From a candidate division WOR-3 bacterium (GTDB taxonomy: Bacteria > Hydrothermota > Hydrothermia > B15-G9 > WFZT01): 34,130 nt of DNA. The notes beneath the pieces are model-generated. The model had not been told where the DNA came from and searched no databases. It saw nothing but the letters and a program-made list of their open reading frames with translations. How positions within the stretch are numbered: position 1 is the first letter of the stretch; each line of letters starts with the position of its first letter. Below are positions 1 to 10,014 of the stretch, piece after piece. Location of the stretch: assembly GCA_027053075.1 (NCBI GenBank), contig JALUEE010000084.1, forward strand, positions 1-34,130, in the 5' to 3' direction. Position numbers and translations under genes: made by a program.

Positions 1-360
1 TGTCAAAAATCACAAAGGCAATGGAAAGCAGTGTTAAAAATATTTTACGATATCAGTAATATTAGATTTTATGACACTGTTATTATCAATCTTGACAAAT
101 ATTATTGTTATCTTCCTTGGGGAAGGAGGGGTTAGGGGAGAATGGTGAAAGGAAATTAAAGGTTGACTTAAAGCCTGCACACTAAGAGATTCAAAAGTAT
201 AAAAATGGTAATACTCAACTTTGTGGTTTATGAATTGAAAATTTCTTCCCTCACCTCAATTCACTTACAAAATCCTCGTGGGCACAGCGAGTTTTCCTAT
301 GATATCATCCTAACTTACCTCTTGTAGAGTTGACCAACTCAGCGATTTATAATTTCTTTG

Positions 361-1062
361 ATGAAACTCAGGGTGGTTCCAGAAAAATACTCAAAGCTCT
401 TTGAGGAACTTAAAAGCAGGCTGGGAGAGGGTGAAATTTTGAAAAGTGGAGGTACCACCGTCTATCGAATCAGCGGATTCACAGTCAAAATCACGAAAAT
501 CAGCAAAATAAGAAAAAGCCGCGTTTTCCCCTATTTCTTCGGCCCTTCAAAGGGGTATCGCGAGTACAAAAACATAAACATTTTACGAAAAAACGGCTTT
601 TCCACCCCACGCCCACTTTTTTACTGGGAAATCAGGGAGCACGGGATAGTGGTTGAATCTGGATTTGTGGAAGAATACTTAGAGAACCTGACCCCTGTGA
701 GAGAAGTCCTGAAGTATAAAACTGAAGTCACGGAAATTCTCAAGATGCTTGCCGATGTGTTCCGAAAACTTCACGACAAAGGCTTTTTCATGAGAGACTT
801 GACCTTCGGAAACTTTTTCATTCGCAATAACAAAATCGTGATGGTAGATGTTAGCCGTATGCTATATCTTCACCAGCCTGTTCCCCTCATCCTACGGCTT
901 GAGGACCTCTCAAAGGTGGACTCAGATGGGGATGAGCTCAAGCTCCTTTTGGATTTTTACTGGCACAATGAAGGTATGGCATCATTTGCCACAAAATATA
1001 TCACCTTCAGGAAAAAATTGAGAAGACAAAGGAAGAAAATAACCCACAGCCTCAGAATTTAA
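361..1062 (+). CDS. Lipopolysaccharide kinase-like protein (Kdo/WaaP/InaA family)
   Basis: Motifs REYKNINILRKNGFSTPRPL, LHDKGFFMRDLTFGNFF (catalytic loop) and VMVDV. ATG at 361 preferred over TTG at 358. Confidence 0.8.
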   Translation: MKLRVVPEKYSKLFEELKSRLGEGEILKSGGTTVYRISGFTVKITKISKIRKSRVFPYFFGPSKGYREYKNINILRKNGFSTPRPLFYWEIREHGIVVESGFVEEYLENLTPVREVLKYKTEVTEILKMLADVFRKLHDKGFFMRDLTFGNFFIRNNKIVMVDVSRMLYLHQPVPLILRLEDLSKVDSDGDELKLLLDFYWHNEGMASFATKYITFRKKLRRQRKKITHSLRI

Positions 1063-1645
1063 CCCGGAAAACGAGCACAGTTTGCGCGTGGATGGGGCCA
1101 AGGGGTGCCCTGGATGCCACAAGCTCAAGCCCAATTTCACCGGCACTTTTTACAAACTTCCCCGCATCGAAAAACCTTATCCCACTCTTTCGTCCGGTTA
1201 ATTTTCGCTCAAGCCTGTGCAGAAAATTTTCCCTGTAGAAGGTGAGAATGACAAACCTTTTTGATACCCTTTTGAGTTCAGAGACCGCCCTCATAGCAAC
1301 ATCAAAGTCAAGGTGCTGCATCAATCTGATGGACACAGTCGCATCAAAAGCCCTATCCCTGAAAGGCAGTGAAGTTATATCAGCGACGACCCCTGTAATT
1401 TCTGCCTTTTCTCGTGTCCTTTTCACCATTGCGTGGGAAATATCAGCCAACACGACCCTGTATCCCATCCTTAAAAGTGGAATTGAAAATCTCCCGAAGC
1501 CACAAGGAATATCTAAAATGGACGCACCCCGGGGAGGGGTGATAAACTTTAATATGGTCCGAAATTCGAGATAATGGACAAGTCTCTGGTCAAAGTGTCT
1601 GTATCTTGTTCGCTCGTATTTTAAAACTTCACCTAAGGTCTCCAA
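1052..1645 (-). CDS. Class I SAM-dependent methyltransferase
   Basis: Motif I ILDIPCGFGRF, then ADISHAM and VADITSLPFRDRAFD. TTG start abuts the upstream gene's stop. Confidence 0.85.
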   Translation of the reverse strand: METLGEVLKYERTRYRHFDQRLVHYLEFRTILKFITPPRGASILDIPCGFGRFSIPLLRMGYRVVLADISHAMVKRTREKAEITGVVADITSLPFRDRAFDATVSIRLMQHLDFDVAMRAVSELKRVSKRFVILTFYRENFLHRLERKLTGRKSGIRFFDAGKFVKSAGEIGLELVASRAPLGPIHAQTVLVFRVKF

Positions 1646-2725
1646 TCAAAATATGCCGAGGATCAGCTTTGAGCCTAAAAGCCCAAAGACTGAGCCCACA
1701 ACGATTGTAAGACCGATAAGAAATTTCATCCAGTCCTGTCCCTTAAGCGTGGCAACCAGCAACGGTTCCCTTGATAAATAGGCTGATGCCGCATAAAGCT
1801 CTTCACCAATCAGAGTATAGTCGCAAGCAGTGATAAAGAAAGGTAACTGAGTAACCGCATCAGTGCCGGCAATCTGCACAGCACCTGTTGCAGCTCCAGT
1901 TTCTGCAAGGATCAGCGACTCTGCATAAAACATACCCTGGAAAAAGTTGGCCGCTGGTTTCTCCCTGACCATAATTCCCGAAACAGCAGCCGCATACCCA
2001 AACTGACTGTCAGTGACATAAAAAACCTGATCAGGATCAAAGAGGTCCGGACGTCCAATTGAGGTGTAAGCCTCTTTAACAATCTCACGTGCAACCGTAT
2101 AAACCACAGGATTTCTATTGGGCACAATAATTTTTGTCTCGTATTCACCCGCTTTTTTCGTAACATGGGACAGGATGTTGAGAGCGGCAATGGTCGCAAC
2201 ATCACTGATTGTGGATAAACCGGGCACAAAAAGGATGGGACGACCCATTTCGGTTGCCCTACCAATTGCTTCATCCACCGCTTCAATTCCGGGAATTGGC
2301 CGGAGATAGAGTTCCTTTCCCCTGCGGGCACTCTGGATGAAATAGAGCAGGATCAGCGTGTAGAGAAGCACACCGATCAAAATGTTTACCCTTCCTGTAT
2401 GAAACCACTGGGGCTTTGCAATTCCTGGACCTGCAATGTCGGATTCGAGCACCCCTTCGGATGTGTAGAGGGCAATTTTGTAATAGTAGGGTACATGGTT
2501 TTTGAGTCCCATATCCTGAAATTTTGAGCTGTAGCCCGGAATTACCTTTATTTTCTCGAAAGGGCCACTTTTTGATGTGGAGCGATAAATGAGAACACTA
2601 TCCACACTGGCCGTGTTGCCTGAAACCGCCCATTTCACGGTCAGCGATTTTCCCGCATCATTTGGGGTATCAAATACCTTAACACTTTGAAACTGAAGGG
2701 CCGTGATTAAAAGAAGTATCAGCAT
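1646..2725 (-). CDS. Membrane protein: N-terminal fibronectin type III-like domain plus DUF6754-like domain
   Basis: Signal-like N-terminus, FN3 pattern (LTVKW..LIYRS..FQD..YYYKI), TM helix, then LRPIPGIEAVDEAIGRATEMGRP and LIGEELYAASAYLS, recalled as DUF6754 signatures. AGGAGG SD upstream. Confidence 0.7.
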   Translation of the reverse strand: MLILLLITALQFQSVKVFDTPNDAGKSLTVKWAVSGNTASVDSVLIYRSTSKSGPFEKIKVIPGYSSKFQDMGLKNHVPYYYKIALYTSEGVLESDIAGPGIAKPQWFHTGRVNILIGVLLYTLILLYFIQSARRGKELYLRPIPGIEAVDEAIGRATEMGRPILFVPGLSTISDVATIAALNILSHVTKKAGEYETKIIVPNRNPVVYTVAREIVKEAYTSIGRPDLFDPDQVFYVTDSQFGYAAAVSGIMVREKPAANFFQGMFYAESLILAETGAATGAVQIAGTDAVTQLPFFITACDYTLIGEELYAASAYLSREPLLVATLKGQDWMKFLIGLTIVVGSVFGLLGSKLILGIF

Positions 2726-2738
2726 ACAAACCTCCTAT

Positions 2739-3332
2739 TTATGGGTCGTTCCGGAGCTTTTCCCATAGCTCCTTCGCCTTCTCTTTAAGGTCCTCAATCG
2801 TTCCTGTGTTCTCAATTATAAAATCAGACCGCTCCTTTTTTGAAGAGGCTGGTATCTGAAAACTTAAAATTCTCTCTGCCATATCCCTTGGATATCCTGT
2901 TCTTTTCATAAATCTCTCGATACTCATCCCCTCGGGAGTATAGACATAGACGATGTAATCGAAATAATCCTCCATGTGGTATTCAAAAATGAGCGCTCCA
3001 TCCACCACCACGACCTTCGCCTTTGATTTTTTCACCAGGTCATCGATCAAATTGATAATGTGAGGCTTCACAATTGAATTTAATGCCTCAACCGACTCCC
3101 TGTCCTTAAAAGCCTTAAATGCGAGGGCCTTCCTGTTTATCTGGCCATTTTCATCTAAAATGTCATCACCAAACCTTTTGACAATCTGATCTCGAACCCT
3201 CCGGAGCACCTCGTGTCCGATGGAATCGGCATTTATCACATCTGCGCCAAACTCTTTTAAAAATTCTGCAAGTGTAGATTTGCCCGAGCCGAGGTTTCCT
3301 GTTAGACCGACTATAACTTTTTCTTTAGCCAT
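2739..3332 (-). CDS. coaE: Dephospho-CoA kinase
   Basis: VGLTGNLGSGKST P-loop, VINADSIGH, INRKALAFKAF, DFIIENTGTIEDL. Confidence 0.95.
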   Translation of the reverse strand: MAKEKVIVGLTGNLGSGKSTLAEFLKEFGADVINADSIGHEVLRRVRDQIVKRFGDDILDENGQINRKALAFKAFKDRESVEALNSIVKPHIINLIDDLVKKSKAKVVVVDGALIFEYHMEDYFDYIVYVYTPEGMSIERFMKRTGYPRDMAERILSFQIPASSKKERSDFIIENTGTIEDLKEKAKELWEKLRNDP

Positions 3333-5038
3333 TTTATTCTCCTCTTCAGGTATTTTTTCGATGGATCAGCCTTTAGCGCTCTTTCATACCATTTTATTGC
3401 ATCCTCAGGTTTTCCAAGCTTTTCATAAATTTCACCCATGTGCTCAAAAATATCCGGGTCCTTTGCCCCGTTATCAATGGCCTTTTTCAAAAATTCATAG
3501 GCCTTCTCATAATTCCCACGCTGGAACTCAACCCACCCTTTTGAATCGAGAAAAATGGGATTGTTGGGCTCCCTTTTGAGCGCCTCATTTATGAGACTAT
3601 CTGCAAAATCAAGCTTCACTCCGTACTTTGCCAGAAAATAGCCCCAGTTATTCATTATGACAGCAATCTCCGCTGTATCAGTTTTTGCAAGCTCTTTATA
3701 AATTTCCTCCATCTTATCGAGGTTTCTGGTCTGACCATAAAGATTCCCGAGGTTGAAAAGAATGTCACGATTGTTGGGGAATTTTTCTCTTGCCCTCTCA
3801 AGCAGTTTGATCGCGTCCTCTTTCTTACCGGTTTTGCTCATTACAAGCGCAAGGTCAACGTATCTCTTGGAATTTAAGGAGTCGTGCTGAAGGGCAATTT
3901 TGTAGTATTTGTGAGCAAGCCTGTAATCTCCTGTTTGCTCAAAGTAATATCCCGTCAGGGAATTGAGATACGCGCTCTCTGGAAACCTCTCTAAAGCATG
4001 ATAAAGCAGCTCGCGAGCATCTCTGAACCTTTTTTCACCCAAAAGCAGGTAAGCGTAAAGTGAGATATTGTCCGGCTCAGGATTTTTGGCAATGGATTTT
4101 TTGAGGAATTTTTCCGCCATCCGGTTTTCCCCGATATTTATCAAATATCGGGCAATGTAATACTGGTCCTGTGGGTTATCAGGTTCTATGGCATAGGCCG
4201 CAAGCCTTTCGGTCAGCGCGCGCTGACGGTCTCCCGATTTTTCGCTCAAAAGGGAGATGAGTTTCCGCACCCGAGTACTCGTTGGTGCAATCCTCTCAAG
4301 CTCGTTTAAGAGCTCAAGCGCCTTTGCCGTTGAATCCATTTCCATGAGAATAATCGCCATTTTCATAGGGATGGTCAGATTTGACGGCTGAAGCATGTTG
4401 GCCTTTGAATAATGAATCAGCGCCTTCTCGTAATCTTTTTTCTTCTCGTAAATGGTGCCAAGCGAGATTTCCACCCTGAAATCGGGCTCTTCTAAGGATT
4501 TCTCCACGTCAATCAAGAGGCTCTCCGCCTTTTCATAATAACCTGCCCGCACAAGCGCGCTTCCATACTGAATAATCACGTTGGTGTCCTGAGTAGCAGG
4601 CACCAGTTTCTCGTAAAATTTTATCGCCTTTTCAAGGCTGTCCATTGCGTCATAAACATTGGCCGCAAAGTGAATTACAGCAGTGTCATTTGGGAATTTT
4701 TTAATGCATTTGCCAAGATAGGAAAATGCGAACTCGTCCTTTCCAAGGCCAATGAGTGAGCGAACCATCGTGATACATGCGCCGGGCTCACGGGTCTTTT
4801 TGTAAGCAAGTTTTGCATACTTATAGGCCTTTCGGTATTGGCCGAGATTGAGGTAATCCTTAGCGATTCTCAAAAGATATTCTGGATTTTTCTCCTTTCT
4901 GTAGCCTTCTTTTAGAACTTCGATGGCCTTTTTGTAGTTGTGCGATGATTCGTAAAAATCAGCCTCTAAGGGGTAGCTTGAAAGACTCTGTGAGTGGGCA
5001 AATCCCAGAAAGACCAGAAAAATTAGTAGCCTTTTCAT
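3311..5038 (-). CDS. Exported tetratricopeptide repeat protein
   Basis: Signal peptide MKRLLIFLVFLGFAHS, many TPR helices, C-terminal NNWGYFLA..LDSKGWVEFQRG..EHMGEIY pattern. Confidence 0.88.
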   Translation of the reverse strand: MKRLLIFLVFLGFAHSQSLSSYPLEADFYESSHNYKKAIEVLKEGYRKEKNPEYLLRIAKDYLNLGQYRKAYKYAKLAYKKTREPGACITMVRSLIGLGKDEFAFSYLGKCIKKFPNDTAVIHFAANVYDAMDSLEKAIKFYEKLVPATQDTNVIIQYGSALVRAGYYEKAESLLIDVEKSLEEPDFRVEISLGTIYEKKKDYEKALIHYSKANMLQPSNLTIPMKMAIILMEMDSTAKALELLNELERIAPTSTRVRKLISLLSEKSGDRQRALTERLAAYAIEPDNPQDQYYIARYLINIGENRMAEKFLKKSIAKNPEPDNISLYAYLLLGEKRFRDARELLYHALERFPESAYLNSLTGYYFEQTGDYRLAHKYYKIALQHDSLNSKRYVDLALVMSKTGKKEDAIKLLERAREKFPNNRDILFNLGNLYGQTRNLDKMEEIYKELAKTDTAEIAVIMNNWGYFLAKYGVKLDFADSLINEALKREPNNPIFLDSKGWVEFQRGNYEKAYEFLKKAIDNGAKDPDIFEHMGEIYEKLGKPEDAIKWYERALKADPSKKYLKRRIKWLKKKL

Positions 5039-5925
5039 TTTTCAATAAGGTCAAGTAAAGCCAGTCTGGTGGCAAGGTCCTCATTTACCACCCGTGAGCG
5101 AAGGTCTGCCTCCAGCGCAACAAGCCTTCTGAAGTTTTCAAAATCCTTTGCCCTCGCAATTTTCAGATTCTTTGTAAGCTGGTTTCTGTAAACACTCGAG
5201 AGGTATGAAACCATATTGCGTGACTGGACTCCAGCGGCATTGAGGATGTCAAGCTCCTTGAGGGCACCTGCCCTGTCCTTTGCCTTCACAAGACTATAAA
5301 GCCGATAAGCGCGCGCCTCCTCGTAAGGTGTCACAACACTCAGAATATCCTCTAAAGTCAGGATTTTTTTCTCGCCGATGTAAAGGATAATCTTCTTAAG
5401 CTCATTATCAATCTCGCGGAGCCTTCTTGGCAAGATGCTAATGAGCGTATCGAGGGTTTTCTCATCAAACTTTATCTCCTCTTCGGTCAGCTTTTTCCTG
5501 ACCCATCGCCGGATGACGCCCTGGTCGAGCAGTGAAAATTCAACCACGAAGATTCTGTCCAATTTCTCCATCTTCTTGAGGCACACTCTTTTTTCTGCCT
5601 CACAGATGATTATGAGTGGAGATGATGTCCGCCAGATGCCGGCCTGAACAAGCTCTGCCAGGGGTTTAAATTTCTCAGCCTTTTTTAGAACGACAAATTT
5701 TCTCGAGGTGTCAAACAATCCTGTCTCCTGAACGCTTCGGATGATATCGTCCTTTTTTGCCTCATCCCCAAAGTAAAGGAGCTTCGTGTTACAGCCCGCT
5801 GCCTGAGCAATACGGGTGATGGCAGTATCCATCAAATAATCTTCTTCCCCGTAGAAGTAATAAACGGGCATTCTGAGGCTCTGGGGGGATTTCGTAAACT
5901 GTTTAAGGAATTCGTATCCGTCCAT
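5035..5925 (-). CDS. holA: DNA polymerase III delta subunit
   Basis: PVYYFYGEEDYL, GLFDTSRKFVVLKKAE, IDNELKKIILY. Somewhat short C-terminal domain. Confidence 0.85.
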   Translation of the reverse strand: MDGYEFLKQFTKSPQSLRMPVYYFYGEEDYLMDTAITRIAQAAGCNTKLLYFGDEAKKDDIIRSVQETGLFDTSRKFVVLKKAEKFKPLAELVQAGIWRTSSPLIIICEAEKRVCLKKMEKLDRIFVVEFSLLDQGVIRRWVRKKLTEEEIKFDEKTLDTLISILPRRLREIDNELKKIILYIGEKKILTLEDILSVVTPYEEARAYRLYSLVKAKDRAGALKELDILNAAGVQSRNMVSYLSSVYRNQLTKNLKIARAKDFENFRRLVALEADLRSRVVNEDLATRLALLDLIEK

Positions 5926-7379
5926 CAGGAGAGTTTCTCTTCTAAAAGTTTTTTCACAATACCTGCATTGGCCTTTCCACGGGTCTTTTTCATCACCTGG
6001 CCAATGAGAAAGCCGAGGACACCGGTTTTGCCCTTCTTATATTTCTCAACAATGTCAGGATTTTCGCTGATTACCTCATTGACGACTTTTTCAAGGAAAT
6101 CCTCATCGCGAACCTGCTTTAATCCCTCTTTTTCAACTATTGTTGATGCACTCTCACCTGTTTCCTGCATCTTCCTGAATACATCTTTGGCAATATTGAG
6201 GGTGATTTCTTCCTTTAAAACCAGTGAGAGAAGCTCAGCGATATCCGATGGCTTAAACTTAAATTCTTTGATGGTTTTGCCTGTCTCGTGCAGGTATCTA
6301 AGGATTTCCGTGCTCATCCAGTTGGCAGCAAGCTTTACCGCATCACCTGCCTTACCTGCCATTTTTTGCAACTTATCCACGAGGGATTCAAAGTAATCGG
6401 CAACATCTTTTTCGTGTGTCAAAACAAGTATCTGAGACTTCTTGAGGCCGTAAGTTTTCTCAAACCTCTCTTCCTTCTCCCAGGGGAGCTCAGGCAGGTC
6501 GCTCAGGGCATCGTCAATAAATTTCTGGTCAATGTAAACGGGCATCAGGTCAGGCTCGGGGAAATAGCGATAATCGTGGGCCTCTTCCTTCACACGCATA
6601 GTACGGGTTTCCCGGGCCCCTTCGTCCCATAGACGAGTTTCCTGAACTATCTGCTCGCCATTTTTCAGGGCCTCAATCTGCCTTTTTGCCTCGTAGGTCA
6701 GTGCATCTTCAACAGCTTTGAAAGAATTGAGATTTTTCAGCTCGACCTTCGTGCCAAGGGATTCCTGGCCTTTTGGCCTCACGGAAATGTTACTATCCAC
6801 GCGAAGCTCGCCCTTTTCCATGTCACAGTTTGAGATTCCAAGATACCTGAGGGTCTGCTTTAGCCTTTCAAGGAACATCCTTGCCTCTTTTGGACTTCTC
6901 ATATCCGGTCGCGTGACTATTTCAAGAAGTGGGATACCAGCGCGGTTGAAGTCAAGAAGCACATTTCCATCCTCTGTGTGAATGGACTTTGCTGCCTCAT
7001 CCTCAATATTCATGCGTTCAATCCTCACGCTTCTTGTTTCACCATCCACATCAAACTCCACAACGCCCTCAGTGGCAATGGAGCGGGTGTATTGCGTGAT
7101 CTGATAGCCTTTGGGAAGGTCCGGATAAAAGTAGTTCTTGCGGTAAAACTCCGATTCCGGGTGAATTTTTGCGTTGAATGCGTGGGCAACCTTTACAGCA
7201 AGCCGGAAGGCTTCTTCGTTGACAACAGGAAGTGCACCTGGCAGCCCGAGACATACCGGGCAGACTACAGTATTGGGCTCTTCTCCATACGTGTTTGGAC
7301 ACGAGCAGAAGAGCTTTGTTTTTGTATTTAGCTGAACGTGAATTTCAAGACCTATGACTGTTTCGAATTCTCCATTCAC
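5925..7379 (-). CDS. gatB: Asp-tRNA(Asn)/Glu-tRNA(Gln) amidotransferase subunit B
   Basis: VIGLEIHVQL, CPVCLGLPGALP, RKNYFYPDLPKGYQITQ, DYRYFPEPDL, GQVMKKTRGKAN. Confidence 0.98.
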   Translation of the reverse strand: MNGEFETVIGLEIHVQLNTKTKLFCSCPNTYGEEPNTVVCPVCLGLPGALPVVNEEAFRLAVKVAHAFNAKIHPESEFYRKNYFYPDLPKGYQITQYTRSIATEGVVEFDVDGETRSVRIERMNIEDEAAKSIHTEDGNVLLDFNRAGIPLLEIVTRPDMRSPKEARMFLERLKQTLRYLGISNCDMEKGELRVDSNISVRPKGQESLGTKVELKNLNSFKAVEDALTYEAKRQIEALKNGEQIVQETRLWDEGARETRTMRVKEEAHDYRYFPEPDLMPVYIDQKFIDDALSDLPELPWEKEERFEKTYGLKKSQILVLTHEKDVADYFESLVDKLQKMAGKAGDAVKLAANWMSTEILRYLHETGKTIKEFKFKPSDIAELLSLVLKEEITLNIAKDVFRKMQETGESASTIVEKEGLKQVRDEDFLEKVVNEVISENPDIVEKYKKGKTGVLGFLIGQVMKKTRGKANAGIVKKLLEEKLS

Positions 7380-7387
7380 AGTGATTG

Positions 7388-7417
7388 ACTTTAAAGCCGT
7401 TTATGTCAGGTTGTCAA
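7388..7417 (-). promoter_or_regulatory. Putative sigma70 promoter of gatB operon
   Basis: TTGACA (7417-7412), 18 nt, TAAAGT (7393-7388); 8 nt before the GTG start. Confidence 0.55.
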
Positions 7418-7440
7418 TATCTGACTTATGGCTTGATAAT
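7411..7440 (+). promoter_or_regulatory. Putative sigma70 promoter of the Nif3 gene
   Basis: TTGTCA (7411-7416), 18 nt, GATAAT (7435-7440). Confidence 0.45.
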
Positions 7441-7479
7441 AAAGAGGAAATCAAGACCCAAAACCTGAAAGGAGAGACC

Positions 7480-8226
7480 ATGAAAGTTAGCGAAATTGTA
7501 TCTTATCTTGACGAGTTACTCAATATCAGGAGCATCGAAGACATAAGTTTAAATGGACTACAGGTGGGAAGCGACCACGAGGTTAAGAGAGTAGCAGTTT
7601 CAGTGGATGCCTCATTAGAGGTTTTTAAAGAGGCAAAGGATGCCGACATGCTCATAGTCCACCATGGCCTTTACTGGGGTAAGCCCATTCCCATTGTTGA
7701 TGCCATGTTCGAGCGGATAAAGTTTTTGATAGAAAATAACGTGGCCCTTTACGCGGCCCATCTCCCCCTTGATTTGCACCCGGAATATGGCAATAATGTC
7801 GAAGGGATAAGGCTTTTGGGAGTTGAACCCTCAGGAGAATTTGGAAACTACCACGGAATCAATATTGGATACGAGTTTGAATTCGAAAGGCCGGTTAAAT
7901 TGGACGAGTTGAAGGAAAATTTTGATAAGGCTCTTGGAACAGATTCCATTCTCTGGGATTTTGGGCCGAAGGAAATCAAACGTGGATCCTATGTTTCAGG
8001 GGATGCCATTTCTCTCCTCCCCGAGGCTATTGAGAAAAAGCTGGATATCTACATCACAGGTGAGCCAAGGCACAGCTACTACTGGAATGCTTTTGAAGCA
8101 GGGATCAATGTTTTGTTTGGTGGGCACTACAAAACCGAGACCTTGGGGGTCAGGGCACTTGGAAAGCACCTTGAGGAAAAATTTGGGCTTGAGGTTTATT
8201 TCATAAACAAACCCACAGGCTTTTGA
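7480..8226 (+). CDS. Nif3-like dinuclear metal centre hexameric protein (YbgI/DUF34)
   Basis: NGLQVG, IVHHGLYW, LYAAHLPLDLHPEYGNN, GHYKTETLG. Start moved to ATG 7480 behind an AAGGAG SD. Confidence 0.93.
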   Translation: MKVSEIVSYLDELLNIRSIEDISLNGLQVGSDHEVKRVAVSVDASLEVFKEAKDADMLIVHHGLYWGKPIPIVDAMFERIKFLIENNVALYAAHLPLDLHPEYGNNVEGIRLLGVEPSGEFGNYHGINIGYEFEFERPVKLDELKENFDKALGTDSILWDFGPKEIKRGSYVSGDAISLLPEAIEKKLDIYITGEPRHSYYWNAFEAGINVLFGGHYKTETLGVRALGKHLEEKFGLEVYFINKPTGF

Positions 8227-8238
8227 GCATGTATCCGG

Positions 8239-8934
8239 GTGGGAGAAATGCGTGGATTTAAGAGAATATTCTATTTAAGCCTTTTTGCAGTGGCAATGGC
8301 CTATGTTGAGGCAGCGGTGGTCGTTTATTTAAGGGAGCTTTATTACCCTGCGAATATTCTGGACATATTCCCTGCGAAGGTGTTCACCATGTTTGATTAC
8401 TACATCGAGCTTGGAAGGGAGCTTGCCACGCTGGTGATGCTCTTTGCCGCTGGAATGCTTTCCACAAAGAATCTAAAGCAGGGATTGATGGGATTTCTCT
8501 ATGCATGGGGAGTCTGGGATATTTTCTATTATGTCTGGCTCTATGTCACCATCGGATGGCCACGTAGCTTATTTGAATGGGATATCTTGTTCCTGATTCC
8601 TCTTCCGTGGTTTGGGCCCGTGATTACCCCGGTTTTGATTGCGATTCTCTTTGTTATCGTGCCGGGAATTATCCTGATGAAAGATTCGGAGCCGACTTTT
8701 TCGCCCAAAGCAGTTGCAACAATTTTGATAGGTGGGCTTTTTGACCTGTACGCATTTCTCGAAATTTCCATCAATACGGTGAGGATTGAGGGGAAAGAGG
8801 GATTTATTGGCCTTGTGCCGCAGAAGTTCAACTGGCCTGTGTACCTGATCGGTCTGATGCTGATGGCCTATGGATTTTTTGCATTGCTTGAGAAGAAAAA
8901 GAGGAAGAAAAAGCGTGCGAAACAGTCTTCTTAA
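8239..8934 (+). CDS. Conserved hypothetical integral membrane protein
   Basis: About 6 hydrophobic segments; AMAYVEAAVVVYLR, ELGRELATLVML, GVWDIFYYVWL, WDILFLIPLPWFGPV; basic C-terminal tail. Start may be ATG 8248. Confidence 0.75.
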   Translation: MGEMRGFKRIFYLSLFAVAMAYVEAAVVVYLRELYYPANILDIFPAKVFTMFDYYIELGRELATLVMLFAAGMLSTKNLKQGLMGFLYAWGVWDIFYYVWLYVTIGWPRSLFEWDILFLIPLPWFGPVITPVLIAILFVIVPGIILMKDSEPTFSPKAVATILIGGLFDLYAFLEISINTVRIEGKEGFIGLVPQKFNWPVYLIGLMLMAYGFFALLEKKKRKKKRAKQSS

Positions 8935-9304
8935 TTTGATCATAGGGCTCATCTGGTTTCCGCTGTGGGGATTTCACTTTTACAGGTGGTACTATGTCAA
9001 GGGAATGCTATTTGAAGGGATTCTTGAGCTAATTGTGCTTTTGCCCCTTGGAGTTGCTTTTCTCTATGATTGGTTTAAGTTTGGCATGAGAAAGCTTCCC
9101 AATTTCCTTGAGCAGAAAACCTGGAATTTCGGGGATTACAGTTTCTGGGCTACGGGGGTGGGTGGTGTGATTTCAATTGTTCTTGCGGGAATATTTCTTG
9201 ATTTTGCCGAGGACCCTGTGCTCACCGGGGCAATCGGTATAACCCTTGCCGTCATCCACACTATGCGACGCCGGGTCATCATGGGCAAACCCCCAATACC
9301 GTGA
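8915..9304 (+). CDS. Hypothetical membrane protein (about 4 TM)
   Basis: Hydrophobic ORF overlapping the upstream stop. GTG at 8915 chosen as the start. Confidence 0.6.
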   Translation: MRNSLLNLIIGLIWFPLWGFHFYRWYYVKGMLFEGILELIVLLPLGVAFLYDWFKFGMRKLPNFLEQKTWNFGDYSFWATGVGGVISIVLAGIFLDFAEDPVLTGAIGITLAVIHTMRRRVIMGKPPIP

Positions 9305-9567
9305 GGGAATTGTGTTTCTTGGGGGTGTGGATGGAGGTATTGGGGAAAGTTTTTGATACATGGAATTTCCTGAGAGATTTTATTTTTGAGAGACTGAGAG
9401 GGTTTTTAGCGTTAGCTTTTTTCTGCCATTTTCGGAGCGCGAGTCAAAAATTTTCAAAAATCCATTTCCTCGCAGTCAAATCCTGTCGGAGGAAAGAAAT
9501 TACCCCTGAAGCCAGGAGACAAATATGCATACAAGTTCCATTTTCAGCAAATACCTTTGGAATTTAT

Positions 9568-9608
9568 CCCTCCCCCGCGCTTTGCGCGGGGGAGGGTGTG
9601 GGAGGGGG
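9568..9608 (+). repeat. REP-like palindrome copy 1
   Basis: Perfect 13-bp stem CCCTCCCCCGCGC-TTT-GCGCGGGGGAGGG followed by the purine tail TGTGGGAGGGGG. Confidence 0.8.
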
Positions 9609-9644
9609 CTTTCCGCTAAAATTCTTTAAAGATGTAAATCCTAA

Positions 9645-9686
9645 CCCCATTCCACCCCGGCCCTCCTTTCCGGAGGGAAAGGAGGG
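9645..9686 (-). repeat. REP-like palindrome copy 2 (opposite orientation)
   Basis: 11-bp stem CCCTCCTTTCC-GGAG-GGAAAGGAGGG (9661-9686) with a C-rich tail on its left. Confidence 0.75.
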
Positions 9687-9790
9687 GGCTTTTGTCAAGG
9701 ACTGCTTTCCCACAAAGGAAACATGAAACTTTGACCTATAAGTAAAAGCTACTCTCTACACAAGCTTTGCTTGCGGGGCAAAAAATCTTT

Positions 9791-9812
9791 CCCTCCCCCG
9801 CGCTTCGCGCGG
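9791..9812 (+). repeat. Truncated REP-like copy 3
   Basis: CCCTCCCCCGCGC-TTC-GCGCGG matches copy 1 at 21 of 22 nt, then breaks off. Confidence 0.7.
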
Positions 9813-9969
9813 ACCGGGCGGTATTCCTGAAGTTTTTGAGCTCACAGGCTCCTCTTATTGGAGAAATGGATTTTGGTGTTCCGGACGCATAAACTTGAAT
9901 AGCGGAAAAAATCATCAAAATTTGAGCAAACTTTGTAGGTTCAATAATTTGAGATGATTCAAGAAATCT

Positions 9970-10014
9970 CCCTCTCCCCGCATATATACTTGCGGGGAGA
10001 GGGTAGGTGAGAGG
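9970..10014 (+). repeat. REP-like palindrome copy 4
   Basis: 13-bp stem CCCTCTCCCCGCA-TATATACT-TGCGGGGAGAGGG plus tail TAGGTGAGAGG. Confidence 0.8.

Noticed and set aside
1..100. Imperfect inverted repeats (29-40 vs 68-79; TGTCAA/TTGACA) as operator or IS end
   Set aside because: Short, AT-rich, not concentric and truncated by the window edge.
9568..10014. CRISPR array
   Set aside because: Repeats vary in sequence, orientation and spacing; no cas genes.
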